The translations under genes were made by a program, and so were the position numbers. Positions 38,836 through 48,551 of a DNA stretch of 64,000 nucleotides are shown here, in pieces (position 1 is the first letter of the stretch; the number at the start of each line of letters is the position of its first letter). Under the pieces are notes generated by a model, which saw only the letters and a list, made by a program, of their open reading frames with translations, searched no databases and was not told the origin of the DNA. Where the stretch lies: NCBI GenBank assembly GCA_965217185.1, contig OZ244252.1, positions 3,008,001 through 3,072,000 of the forward strand, written 5' to 3'. Source of the stretch: an uncultured Candidatus Entotheonella sp. Its GTDB lineage: Bacteria > Tectomicrobia > Entotheonellia > Entotheonellales > Entotheonellaceae.

Positions 38836-40104
38836 TCACGGTTCGAAGTGGTACACCACGGGCAACTGGGCAGTGTCTGTGATGCTCGAATCCGTGTGGT
38901 GGTAGATATTCACGTGACCAGTGCCGCAGTCACCGAATTCGTCGCAGAAGAGTTCGCCCATAATCCCCTGAAAGCCGGTCGTTGCCCCAAGCTCCTCGCG
39001 CAACTCGGCGCGGTCTATGTACAACGTCCCACCCTCCACCACGGCAACGGATTTGATGGCGCTGATCAGCAATACGGTCGCGTCGTAGGCATGCACCCAG
39101 TATGGATTGCTAGGCGTGCCATACCTGGATTCGAGTGTGGCGAGAACCTCATCTGCTGTTTTGCCGGTCGCCATATTGACATTCGAGCCGTGTGCCGCCT
39201 CTGGCCCCGAAATGTAAAGGCCTTCCGACTGCGGCGTGCCGAGGAACTCTGACAGGAGGAGGGCCTCGGCCGTGATCAGCTTCGCGTTTTCCAGAGCCTT
39301 GAACTCCCGCACCTGCTCGGCAAATGGCGAGCCTTCGTCTTCGAAGAGCGGGAAGAAGATGCCGTCCGGTTCGGCTGCCGCGAATCCTGCGAGGACATCT
39401 CTCATGTCCGTGTCGCCCTTCTCGATCCCGGCAGTGAGCGCGACCTCGCCCCCAAGCACGCTGAACGCGTCGCCGAACGCGATGGTGAGGCCCATGGTGT
39501 ACGGGTCGCCGTCGTCTATGGACACCATGCGCCGCAGTCCCAATTGATTGTAAGCGAAGTCGGCGACTGCTTGCCCCTGATAGAGGTCGTTGCCGGCAGT
39601 GCGGAAATAACCGGGGTGGTAGTCGGGACTCGCGTTGCCGGCGAGGTCGGACGTGAGCGTAGGCGAGGTGTTGGTCGGCGAGATCATCACCAGCCCTGCC
39701 GTGCTGAGCAGCGGTGAGGCCGTCACCGCCGAGCCCGAGCACAAGGTGCCAATGATGCCCACCACTTGCGGGTCGGCGATGACCTGCTCGGCGCTTGCGC
39801 GTCCGCCTTCTGGCGAGCACATGGCGTCTATCGGCTCGCCGAGCTCGACCTCGTGACCGTGGATGTTGCCGAAATCCTGGACAGCCAGATCAATGCTGTA
39901 CCGCGACCACTCGGCAACCGATGGCACAACGATGTGGGCAAGCAACGAACGGATCTGCACCGCCTCACCCGCGCCAACCTCGACTGCGCCGAGCGCTCCG
40001 GCCTCAAAGCCTTGTGGTTCGCCATCTTCTCCGCACGCTGCCAGCAGTCCCGCCAGCAGCCCCACTAGCAACACGACGTAGAATCTCCTGGGTATGTTAC
40101 CCAT
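38836..40104 (-). CDS. Branched-chain amino acid ABC-type substrate-binding lipoprotein (orphan)
   Basis: Lipobox LAAC; GTLCSG, ISPTNT, YFRT and AYDA. Confidence 0.85.
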   Translation of the reverse strand: MGNIPRRFYVVLLVGLLAGLLAACGEDGEPQGFEAGALGAVEVGAGEAVQIRSLLAHIVVPSVAEWSRYSIDLAVQDFGNIHGHEVELGEPIDAMCSPEGGRASAEQVIADPQVVGIIGTLCSGSAVTASPLLSTAGLVMISPTNTSPTLTSDLAGNASPDYHPGYFRTAGNDLYQGQAVADFAYNQLGLRRMVSIDDGDPYTMGLTIAFGDAFSVLGGEVALTAGIEKGDTDMRDVLAGFAAAEPDGIFFPLFEDEGSPFAEQVREFKALENAKLITAEALLLSEFLGTPQSEGLYISGPEAAHGSNVNMATGKTADEVLATLESRYGTPSNPYWVHAYDATVLLISAIKSVAVVEGGTLYIDRAELREELGATTGFQGIMGELFCDEFGDCGTGHVNIYHHTDSSITDTAQLPVVYHFEP

Positions 40105-40811
40105 TGTCGCAGGCCTCCTGATTGAGTTATCCAGCACCTATCCAGTTGCCCAAGGTACAGCAGTCTTATCGTTGGGTGTAAGTCCGAAATTGAGCGATTC
40201 TGAGGGGGTTTGGTACGGCTTGGGGACATGATTGATGCGCGAGGTGACAAAGTGTCACGTAGGACGGTGGGTGATGGGCAGCACTCCTCTGGGGTATTGT
40301 TGGTTTATCTACAAAATTGGCGGACGGACGGGCCGCCTAACTGGTCAATTTGAGACCTACGCCCTTATCGTTTGCGGCAATCCCAATTTGCAGGATGGTA
40401 GCAGACCATCCAAAAGTGTGGGGCATCCAGGCAGGGTAGGGCGGAATGGAAAGGCCGGCCGGCTATGCTCGGGGCGGCACCGGCGAGCGGGACCTGCTAC
40501 AGCCAGCCCTCTCCGGAAGAGACATGGTGCGGTGAGGATATTCACGGACAAAGGGTCCGCGGCTGGCGGCGGCCAAGCGCCGGCACCAGGACTGCGTTTT
40601 GATTCCAGCATCTTGAGAGAAGCGACGTCGAGAAACGCCGCTCAGTTCCCATGACGCCTTGATTCCGGTACACTGAATTTTAGGTCATTGTTGTCATTTG
40701 AGTTCAGATTCCGATCGATCGGATTCGGCTACCACCGTTGCCTTGTTGGCAAAGGCAGGGCCAAGACGACAGACAGCCTCGCAACTGAGGCGAAAACCGG
40801 AGGGGAGGCAC

Positions 40812-42605
40812 GTGATGCAAAAGCGATACAACGTATTCGGCGCTCTATGCGCCGCCGCAATCGTGTGGTACGTCGCGTCGGGAACGGCGGCCGCTCAGTA
40901 CAAGGTTCCGGAGCCGGGATCGGTGATCGATCTTTCGCCGACCATCTCGATGTCACTGAAGCAGAACTGGCCGGGCGGGCAGCGGCACCACCGGCCGGTG
41001 ATCTTTCCCTATATCGGGCATGGGTCGAGCGCGTATACCGCCGATCTGATCATCGTCGACAACGACACGGCGACGCAGCTCGATTGCCCGCCGCACATGA
41101 TGGCCCATCAGGACTCGGGCCTGCCAAACGCCGGCTATTGGGGCTTCCTGACCTGCGACAAGCTGCCGGCTTGGCAACTGGTCGGCCAAGTGGTCAAGAT
41201 CGACGGTCGCGGCATCTACGACCAGGCGCCGAACGGACAGAGCCCGATCTTCACCGTGGACATGGTCAAGCAGGCCGAGCAAACGCTCGGCCGCGATTTG
41301 ACCCGCGGCGATGCGGTGATCTACTGGAGCAGCTACAACGACAAGCGCGGCGCGCCCGATCAACCGCCGGAGCGGGCACAGATCGACGTGCTGCTTGGCA
41401 AGGCGCCGGCTTGGCCGGCCCCGAACTTCGACACGTCTGACTACGTCGGCAGCAAGGGGGTGGCTCTGGTCGGGCTGGACAGCCCGAGCATTGGCGCCTT
41501 CGGTCCGCCGGACTACGAATGGGGCGGCACCCAGAGCTACCGCTCGCAGACCTTCAAGGCGATCGAAAGCCACCTTGGCGTATTCAAGCATGGCGGCGTC
41601 GACGTGGAAGGGTTGTTAAACCTGGACCAGGTCCCCGACGGCTCCGTGTTTATCGCGCTGCCGGTCAAGATCCAGAACACGCCGACCGTACAGACCCGCG
41701 CGGCGGCGATCACCGACGTCGAGCTCGCGACTGAGCTGTCGCAGGCCATCAAAGCACAGCGCGTGGTCGACCTGTCGGTCCTCAACGGCGACAACCTGCC
41801 GGTCTATTGGCTGGGCGCGGGCGTCGGCAACTTCGCCTTCCCGTTCTTCCGCATCGAGCCAGTGAACGGCTATGACGGCTACGCGCAGTATTGGGTGAAC
41901 TCACAGATCATGGACTCGCGCACCGGCACCCACATCTCGCCGCCGGCGCATTATGGCCTGCCTGCCGGCTTCAGCGTGGCCGACTACGCGCCGGATATCC
42001 GCGCCTGGGCCGAGGAGTTCGAGGGCAAATACGGCCAGATCCAAGCCACCGACGTGACCTCGGACAAGGTTCCGGTCAGCCAGATGATGGGCCCGGCGCG
42101 CGTCATCAACGTGCAGAACTTGTCCGGCTCGACCAACCAGGAAGATTGGCCGGCGTCGCCCGCGATTACCGTCGAAGTGGTCAGGGCGCACGAGTTGGCA
42201 CATGGCAAGATCAAGGCTGGCGAGGTCGTGATCTTCCAGACCGGCCATACCGACGCCCATTTCCGTCCGATGTTGCGCAACCGCCTGGAACGGGCGCTCA
42301 AGGCGCCGTTGGACGGTCAGATGGAGGGCTGGGCGGCGGTGACGCCGGAAACCGTCCAGTACCTCGCCGGCAATGGGGTCCGCCACGTCGCCATCGACGC
42401 GCCGTCGGCCGGCTCGGTCGACGCTAAGCAACGGGCCTTCACGTACTGGGCCGCGGCCAACGAGGGCATGATTTTCACCGAGTACCTGACGGGCGTGGGC
42501 CAGCTGCCGGCGAAGGGCGCGTTCTACGTGTTCCTCAATCCGAAGATCGAGAATAACCACGGCGGCCCTGGCCGCGCCATCGGCATTCTGCCGGTCGGCC
42601 GTTAG
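40812..42605 (+). CDS. Exported tandem cyclase-family (kynurenine formamidase-like) protein
   Basis: Signal peptide; two repeats IDLS...TxxxxPxH...G(L/I)DxPS...E.L.. Confidence 0.75.
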   Translation: MMQKRYNVFGALCAAAIVWYVASGTAAAQYKVPEPGSVIDLSPTISMSLKQNWPGGQRHHRPVIFPYIGHGSSAYTADLIIVDNDTATQLDCPPHMMAHQDSGLPNAGYWGFLTCDKLPAWQLVGQVVKIDGRGIYDQAPNGQSPIFTVDMVKQAEQTLGRDLTRGDAVIYWSSYNDKRGAPDQPPERAQIDVLLGKAPAWPAPNFDTSDYVGSKGVALVGLDSPSIGAFGPPDYEWGGTQSYRSQTFKAIESHLGVFKHGGVDVEGLLNLDQVPDGSVFIALPVKIQNTPTVQTRAAAITDVELATELSQAIKAQRVVDLSVLNGDNLPVYWLGAGVGNFAFPFFRIEPVNGYDGYAQYWVNSQIMDSRTGTHISPPAHYGLPAGFSVADYAPDIRAWAEEFEGKYGQIQATDVTSDKVPVSQMMGPARVINVQNLSGSTNQEDWPASPAITVEVVRAHELAHGKIKAGEVVIFQTGHTDAHFRPMLRNRLERALKAPLDGQMEGWAAVTPETVQYLAGNGVRHVAIDAPSAGSVDAKQRAFTYWAAANEGMIFTEYLTGVGQLPAKGAFYVFLNPKIENNHGGPGRAIGILPVGR

Positions 42606-42740
42606 GCGCGGTGAGACGCGCCGTGCAGGTGTGTCATGTAAGTTCGCAACGGTAGGCTGATTTCACGCGCCTCCGTTGCCACCGACGAACAAGGTGGTGT
42701 GCCACGGCGGCATCGCTCCGCGCAATATCGTCTTTCGCGA

Positions 42741-42931
42741 CTAGTAGCTGTTCAACGTAATGCACAGGCATGATAAGTTGCCTCCCAGTAAGCTGCTGGC
42801 CATAAGCTGGGAGGGATGATTGTGAAGAAGCTCTATGTGGTCCGTTTGAGTGAAGAAGAACGGACCGAATTGACGAAACGGGTCAAGTTGCATCATCTCT
42901 ATCCCGTGATCAAAGATTGACGCACTACTAG
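42741..42931 (+). mobile_element. Internally deleted IS630-family element (MITE-like, about 190 bp)
   Basis: CTAG at both ends; imperfect IRs (11/15); 34-aa ORF at 42816-42920 joins an IS630-like N-terminus (KKLYVVRLSEEER) to a C-terminus (KLHHLYP). Confidence 0.7.
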
Positions 42932-43093
42932 CGGGCGGTTTCGTTCATTGGCTGGGATGCTATCTGGGTTGCGGATCCCCTGTGGGATCTGGCGTATGCT
43001 ATGTGGCAATTCATGCCCATCTGCGATGACGAGGACCCGTGGCTTAACCGTAAAGGCCCCAGCTGTTGGTCGGCGGGTCAGGGGCCCCTCCGG

Positions 43094-44044
43094 CTATCGG
43101 GCTTCCCACAAATGCATGTTGGCGGGATCCAAACGGCAGTGTTTAAGCAGCCGTCTGGTTTCCCGTCTGGCATTGGCGGCGCTCAGGTGGGCATTTACGA
43201 ACAGAGGCGTTCCCGTTACGGCTTTGGGGTCTTCAAACCGATTTCCGGTTGGATGGACCGGCTCGGTATGCACCCTGTACCTCTGGCTGCCCCGCCATAT
43301 TGGGACATCTTTAACGGTAAGCCGTCCCTGCGCGTAGAGCTTCTCGACAACGCTGATAAGTATCTCGCGCCAGTGGGTCAACGACCGTTCGCTCCCATCC
43401 CAGAACCGGATGGCCGTCGGAGAAGCTGTGCCACCTGGCGGATTGTATGCGGACAGCGCAACCCAGCTGGACGACGCCGGTGGCGGCGTGGAGGCCTGTT
43501 CAACCTGAGTCGGTGTCGGGGCCAGCCGATCATTCTCAACCACTGGTGTGTCAGCCGCCACCGGCTGGCCAGACGCCAGGTTAGGCCGCCAGAGCAGTAG
43601 GAGTTTCAAGGCGCTTTCGTGGGCCGGGGCGTCGGCGATGGAGACCTCCAGGATTCGCCGCTCTTCCAAGGTTCCCCGTTTGAAAACGTCGTACAATTCC
43701 CAATGGTTTCCCTCGGTGATTCCAGCATATTCAATGCCGGACGCATTTGCGTAGTTGAGCATCTGCATCCAGTGGGAACCCAGCGGCTCGCCTAGCTTCT
43801 TGGCCTCTAGAGTAGCGGCCGGCTTGCCGCCAAGCCGCAACAGTGCGTAATCTGCCGATTTATTCCCTACCTTGTACTCTGGCATCACCACCGTCGGATC
43901 GGAAACGTCCCAGCCTAGAGCGCGCAGCAATGGGTCGATCAGCGCCACGCGCGTGCGCAGTTCATTTTCTTCCAGAGCAGCGCGATGGGTCTGCATGCGT
44001 TCTTTCAGCACCTCAATGCAGCCCACCAGGTCATCAAGCCCCAT
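43094..44044 (-). CDS. Stand-alone HsdR-N-like PD-(D/E)xK nuclease with C-terminal domain
   Basis: ENELRTRVALIDPLLRALGWD, ADYAL...EAKK, QMLNYA and TEG.HW. Confidence 0.8.
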   Translation of the reverse strand: MGLDDLVGCIEVLKERMQTHRAALEENELRTRVALIDPLLRALGWDVSDPTVVMPEYKVGNKSADYALLRLGGKPAATLEAKKLGEPLGSHWMQMLNYANASGIEYAGITEGNHWELYDVFKRGTLEERRILEVSIADAPAHESALKLLLLWRPNLASGQPVAADTPVVENDRLAPTPTQVEQASTPPPASSSWVALSAYNPPGGTASPTAIRFWDGSERSLTHWREILISVVEKLYAQGRLTVKDVPIWRGSQRYRVHTEPVHPTGNRFEDPKAVTGTPLFVNAHLSAANARRETRRLLKHCRLDPANMHLWEAR

Positions 44045-44077
44045 TGCCTCCTCCTGTGGCGCTGTCAGCTGTGGCGC

Positions 44078-44491
44078 CTAAGCGTGACGTTGAACAACCG
44101 CAATTCCCAATGCCTCCGCCGCCTTGCGCAACCGGTGGTCGAGCGTCGCCAAGGGCAGGCCACGCCGAAAGGCGACTTCCAGATACGCTGCGTCGTAGAC
44201 GGTCAATTCAAACCGACGCGCGAGTTCAAGGAGCAGGGATTCGTCGTGCTGGTCGTCAACCGAGATACCCAAGGCAAGGCTGTCCGTCAGCGTGTCCGAC
44301 ACCTGTTGCGGGGAAATCCTGCCGCGGCGCTCGTTCATCAGCAAAGCGTTGCGTAACTCGTACCACCAGATGCGCGGCGTAACCCCGCCTTCCTCGGCCA
44401 CCTGCTTCATGGCGCCGGTTGCCGTGGGTTCTTCTTCGTCTCCCATGCACCAGGCAAGGAATACGGAATTGTCGATAACGATGGGCGTCAA
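44078..44491 (-). CDS. VapC PIN toxin
   Basis: VIDNSV, YELRNAL, YDAAY and LATLD. Confidence 0.88.
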   Translation of the reverse strand: MTPIVIDNSVFLAWCMGDEEEPTATGAMKQVAEEGGVTPRIWWYELRNALLMNERRGRISPQQVSDTLTDSLALGISVDDQHDESLLLELARRFELTVYDAAYLEVAFRRGLPLATLDHRLRKAAEALGIAVVQRHA

Positions 44492-44730
44492 TAGCGGTGC
44501 CCCTCGTGAAGCGTGGCCATCAATTCCGCCAGCGGCGCTTGCTTGAGGCGCCGCCGTCGCTCCACAATGCGCGCGGCTGCCTGCTGTGCCCGTTCGCGAT
44601 CGGGAGTCACGGGAATCAGCTGGGCCACGGGTTTGCCGTGCCGCGTAATGGTCAGATGCTCGCCCCGTGCGACGCGTTCGAGTAGCTGGGGCAGATGCGT
44701 CTTGGCTTCATAGGCCCCGATCATTTCCAT
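44488..44730 (-). CDS. Phd/YefM antitoxin
   Basis: GAYEAKTHLPQLLERV..GE..ITRHGKPVAQL. Confidence 0.9.
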   Translation of the reverse strand: MEMIGAYEAKTHLPQLLERVARGEHLTITRHGKPVAQLIPVTPDRERAQQAAARIVERRRRLKQAPLAELMATLHEGHRY

Positions 44731-44865
44731 TCTGAATCTCCAGATTCCAAATTAGACCGGATATTACGACCAGTTTGTATGAACAGGGGGAGGCAGGTCA
44801 CGTCCTAGGTGAGCGATTCGAGCGGTCTGGGGACGTGTCATTAAACGACCTTGAACAAATCACCC

Positions 44866-46128
44866 TCAGGGATAAATGCCCCGGTCTTGAATCGCGTTGA
44901 CGACACGATCAACCGCCACGATATACGCCGCGGTACGCAAACTCGTGTGTTCCCGCTCAGCTATCGCCATGACCTGACCGCAACTCGCGTCCATTACGTC
45001 CTTGAGTTGTTGATTGACCTGTTCTTCCTTCCAGTGGAATTCCTGCAGGTTCTGGACCCACTCGAAGTAGGAGACCGTGACCCCGCCGGCATTCGCCAGA
45101 ATGTCGGGAATCACCGTCATGCCGCGATCTCGAAAAATTGCGTCCGCTTCCGGCGTGGTCGGGCCGTTTGCCGCCTCGGCGATCAACTTGCTCTGCACCT
45201 TCGGCGCGATCCGTTCGGTGAGCTGATTTTCCAGAGCGGCCGGCACCAGAATGTCGCAGGGCAGGGTGAGCAGTTCTTCGTTGGAGAGGCGGTCGCCGGA
45301 CGAGAAATTGCTGACGGAACCCGTCTCTCGCCTGCAAGCCTGCAGCGCTTCCGCTTCGAGCCCGCGTTCCAGGTAGATACCGCCTTTTGAATCGCTCACC
45401 GCAATAATCCGACATCCCAGTTGCGCGAGGAGTCTGGCCGCGACCGAACCGGCATTGCCAAAGCCTTGCACCGCTACGGTTGCCCCATCGAGGTCGATAC
45501 CCACGTGTTTCGCCACGTTGGTGATGGCATAGACGCAGCCGCGTCCCGTTGCCTCCGAACGCCCCAAGGAGCCGCCAACGCTGATAGGCTTCCCCGTCAC
45601 CACGCCAGGGACGGAGTACCCCTTGTGCATGCTGTACGTATCCATCATCCAGGCCATCACGCGAGCATCGGTATACATGTCGGGGGCCGGAATGTCGCTG
45701 GCTGGGCCGATCAGGAAAGCGATTTCAGTGGTAAAGCGCCGTGTGAGACGCTCGATTTCGCGGAGCGACATTTCCTTGGTGTTGCAGCAAACTCCGCCCT
45801 TCGCACCGCCAAAGGGCAGATTCACGACTGCGCACTTCCAGGTCATCCACATGGACAGGGCGCGCATCTCGTTGAGGGTGACGTAGGGCGAGTAACGAAT
45901 ACCGCCCTTGGCCGGGCCGCGGGCGACATTGTGTTGCACTCGGTGCCCGGTGAATACCTCCGTACGCCCGTCGTCCATGACCACCGGGAAGGTGACGGTC
46001 AGCTCCCGATTTGGAGTGCGCAGGATGCGGCGCATGCCATCATCCAGTCCCAGATGCTGGGCGACGGCGTCCAACTGCTGCTGGGCAATGGCGAAGGAGT
46101 CGTCAACGACTGCGGTTTCGCTGCTCAT
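44866..46128 (-). CDS. gdhA: Glutamate dehydrogenase (Glu/Leu/Phe/Val family)
   Basis: GPAKGGIRY, GGAKGG, DIPAPD, GFGNAG and NAGGVTVSYFEW. Confidence 0.92.
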   Translation of the reverse strand: MSSETAVVDDSFAIAQQQLDAVAQHLGLDDGMRRILRTPNRELTVTFPVVMDDGRTEVFTGHRVQHNVARGPAKGGIRYSPYVTLNEMRALSMWMTWKCAVVNLPFGGAKGGVCCNTKEMSLREIERLTRRFTTEIAFLIGPASDIPAPDMYTDARVMAWMMDTYSMHKGYSVPGVVTGKPISVGGSLGRSEATGRGCVYAITNVAKHVGIDLDGATVAVQGFGNAGSVAARLLAQLGCRIIAVSDSKGGIYLERGLEAEALQACRRETGSVSNFSSGDRLSNEELLTLPCDILVPAALENQLTERIAPKVQSKLIAEAANGPTTPEADAIFRDRGMTVIPDILANAGGVTVSYFEWVQNLQEFHWKEEQVNQQLKDVMDASCGQVMAIAEREHTSLRTAAYIVAVDRVVNAIQDRGIYP

Positions 46129-46147
46129 AGAATGTCTCCATCAAGCT

Positions 46148-46236
46148 GTAGGCCGGATTAGCGAAGCGTAATCCGACATTCCACCACGCTCCCAGGCTTC
46201 TACTGTCGGGTTGCGCCTGCGGCCAACCCGACCTAC
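46148..46236. repeat. GTAG-type REP doublet, copy 3
   Basis: GTAGGCCGGATTAGCGAAGCGTAATCCGAC...GTCGGGTTGCGCCTGCGGCCAACCCGACCTAC. Confidence 0.85.
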
Positions 46237-46264
46237 TTGGGTCCGCCAGACCACACATCATTTA

Positions 46265-47437
46265 CTACCACTCGTACTCCGGCCCCGGCAGGTACTTGAA
46301 CTTTTCCAGCGCATCCGGGCGTAGGGTGAAACCCAGCCCAGGTTTTTCGGGAGCATGCACGGTGCCGTCGGGGCGAATGTCGAACGGCTCTTCGAACAGT
46401 TCCCAGATCATCGGCATGTAGCCCTGGCTCACTTCCAGAATGTGGCAGTTCGCCGCCGCCATGGCCACGTGGATGGACGCCGCGAACAGCACGCCGCTGC
46501 CCCAGGCGTGCGGCGCCAAGCGGACTTGGCGGGTCGAGGTGAGGGCGGCAATGCGGCGGATTTCCGTGAAGCCGCCGGCACGCGCCACGTCCGGCTGCGC
46601 GATGTCGAGGGCGTCGTGCTCCATGAGATCGAGGAAGTCGTGGCGGGTGAACTCACGTTCCCCGGAGGCGATGGGAATCTTCGTCGCCTGCCGCACCAGG
46701 GCCTGCCCGTGATGGTCGTCCGGCGACACCGGCTCCTCGAACCAGGCGATGTCGTACTCTTCCAATTCCTTTGAAAGCCGGATGGCAGTGGACGCGTCCA
46801 GCGAGCCGTGCGCGTCCACCATCAACTCCACGTCCGGGCCGATACCGCGCCGGGCGGCCTGCACGCGGCGCACGGTGTTCTCGATGGAAAAGCCGTCGCG
46901 GCCCACCACGCGCATCTTCACGGCGCTGAAGCCCTTGGCCGCGTAGCCCGCCATTTCCGCCTCGGCCTCGTCGCCCGGCGCCCAGCCACCTGAACCATAC
47001 GCCCGCACCTCGTTGCGCATGGCGCCGAGAGCCTGGTACACCGGCACCCCCAGCGCCTGCGCCTTGACGTCCCACACCGCGATGTCGATGCCGGCGATGG
47101 CCTCCATCACCATGCCGCGGCGGCGCGACGGCTCCGGCTGCTGCCAGCCGCGCTCCATGGCCGGACGGAAGCGCGAGCCGTTGTACAGCTTCTCGTAGAT
47201 GCGCTCGGAAAACATCGGGTCCTCGCCCACGAGGTCCGGCCCCAGTTCGTGCTCGACAATGGCCTGCACCACCCCGGGATTGCCCAGCGCCGCGCCCATG
47301 CCGGTGAGGCCGGTGTCGGTATCGACGAAGATAATCGCCGAATCCGTTTTGACCTTGGTGCCCAGGTCAGTGCGGTGGCGGCGTTCCACGGGCACCGGGT
47401 CGCTCATAGGGACAGCGCGTACCTGCGTGATTTTCAT
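46265..47437 (-). CDS. Mandelate racemase/muconate lactonizing enzyme family protein
   Basis: DIAVWD, KMR, MVDAH, EEP, GE, QPD and PH. Confidence 0.9.
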   Translation of the reverse strand: MKITQVRAVPMSDPVPVERRHRTDLGTKVKTDSAIIFVDTDTGLTGMGAALGNPGVVQAIVEHELGPDLVGEDPMFSERIYEKLYNGSRFRPAMERGWQQPEPSRRRGMVMEAIAGIDIAVWDVKAQALGVPVYQALGAMRNEVRAYGSGGWAPGDEAEAEMAGYAAKGFSAVKMRVVGRDGFSIENTVRRVQAARRGIGPDVELMVDAHGSLDASTAIRLSKELEEYDIAWFEEPVSPDDHHGQALVRQATKIPIASGEREFTRHDFLDLMEHDALDIAQPDVARAGGFTEIRRIAALTSTRQVRLAPHAWGSGVLFAASIHVAMAAANCHILEVSQGYMPMIWELFEEPFDIRPDGTVHAPEKPGLGFTLRPDALEKFKYLPGPEYEW

Positions 47438-47479
47438 GGTTTGGCTCCCTCGCGGAACAACGGCGGGTGGGGGATGGGA

Positions 47480-48097
47480 TTATTGCAGCGGCGAGCAACT
47501 GAACGGCGTCAGCAGCTTGCTCTCCTGCCGCAGCGGTGCAATGCCGCCCGGCGGCGGCCACACGCCCTTTTCGCGCGTTTCGGCGCGAACCCTGAGCCGC
47601 TCCTCGAAACTGGCGTATGCCCACAGGTGAATCCACACGTTCAGGTCGCCCACGTCCGAATACCAGGCGCCGGCCAGCGGCGAGTATTTTTCCCGCTCGG
47701 GGACGTGCTCACTCCACTTTTCGATCACGCGCGGGATGGCGCCGGGCGCATAGGTGTAGATACGCATTTCGTACAACGGCCCCAGCTTGGCGGCGCCGCG
47801 GTTTTGCATGAAGGGTGCCGGCAGGTAGACGGCGGAGTGCATGTTGACGATGAATTCGCCGTTGTTCGGCGGCCAGACGCCGTCGGCCACGACCTTGGCG
47901 CGGATATCCTGCCGCTGGTTCGGGTCCTCGTATGGCCAGATGTGCACCACCTGGTTCAGCGGCCCGGCCTCTGTGTACCAGAAGCCGAACAGTGGTGAAT
48001 AGGTCTCGCGGCCTTCTTTGAGCTTTTCGACGGTGCGGCGCTCGAATTCGGGCACGGAGCGGGGTTTGAGGTCATAGGTCCGTATCTCGTAGATCAT
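47480..48097 (-). CDS. Tandem NIPSNAP-domain protein
   Basis: Two YE(I/M)R.Y...HIW/HLW.Y repeats; true start probably MIYEIRTY. Confidence 0.88.
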   Translation of the reverse strand: MIYEIRTYDLKPRSVPEFERRTVEKLKEGRETYSPLFGFWYTEAGPLNQVVHIWPYEDPNQRQDIRAKVVADGVWPPNNGEFIVNMHSAVYLPAPFMQNRGAAKLGPLYEMRIYTYAPGAIPRVIEKWSEHVPEREKYSPLAGAWYSDVGDLNVWIHLWAYASFEERLRVRAETREKGVWPPPGGIAPLRQESKLLTPFSCSPLQ

Positions 48098-48189
48098 TTC
48101 GTGTTCCTCATGCGATGGGTTTGGCGCTGGTAAGAGATGGGGATTGTGCCACGGCACCGCTTTGGGGCGCAACACCGGGGAGCTTAGGC

Positions 48190-48357
48190 TGTGGTCATCG
48201 ACGCGTGGCACCCCGCGCACCTTGTTGGGCAGCAAGGGTTGCAGACAAGGAAACCTAACGTCGGATCGTCAGAAGTCGTGATCGGACGTGTTAACCCCCT
48301 TGGTTGGGGTCTTGAACCACATCACAGATCAAACGGCAACCTGTTTGCAGAGTCTAA
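48190..48357 (-). mobile_element. IS5-family (IS427-like) transposase 5' remnant
   Basis: QPLLPNKVRGVPRVDD matches the typical N-terminal transposase segment; flanking sequence is decayed. Confidence 0.6.
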
Positions 48358-48551
48358 GTCTGGGAAGGGGTGGTGCTTCTGCCACACTCCACCCGAGCCT
48401 ACGCGGACCCCGTGTGTCGGCACAAAGCGTGTGAGCAGGTCCTATTTCTCACCGCTCCAAGGCCCTTGCGAAGTGCAGGTTTCGCGTTCAAACTGTGAGC
48501 AAGAACCTTACGGCTTCATTAACACCAAAGCGCGTTCTGGGAGATACTGAA

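Noticed and set aside
40140..40800. Long intergenic region as riboswitch or ncRNA; includes the palindrome GTGACA-AAG-TGTCAC
   Set aside because: No recognisable RNA family by eye. The palindrome may be an operator but cannot be assigned; an Rfam/Infernal scan would decide.
48098..48235. N-terminal extension of the NIPSNAP ORF in the ORF track
   Set aside because: The extension is IS5 remnant plus intergenic DNA that happens to be in frame; the domain starts at 48097.
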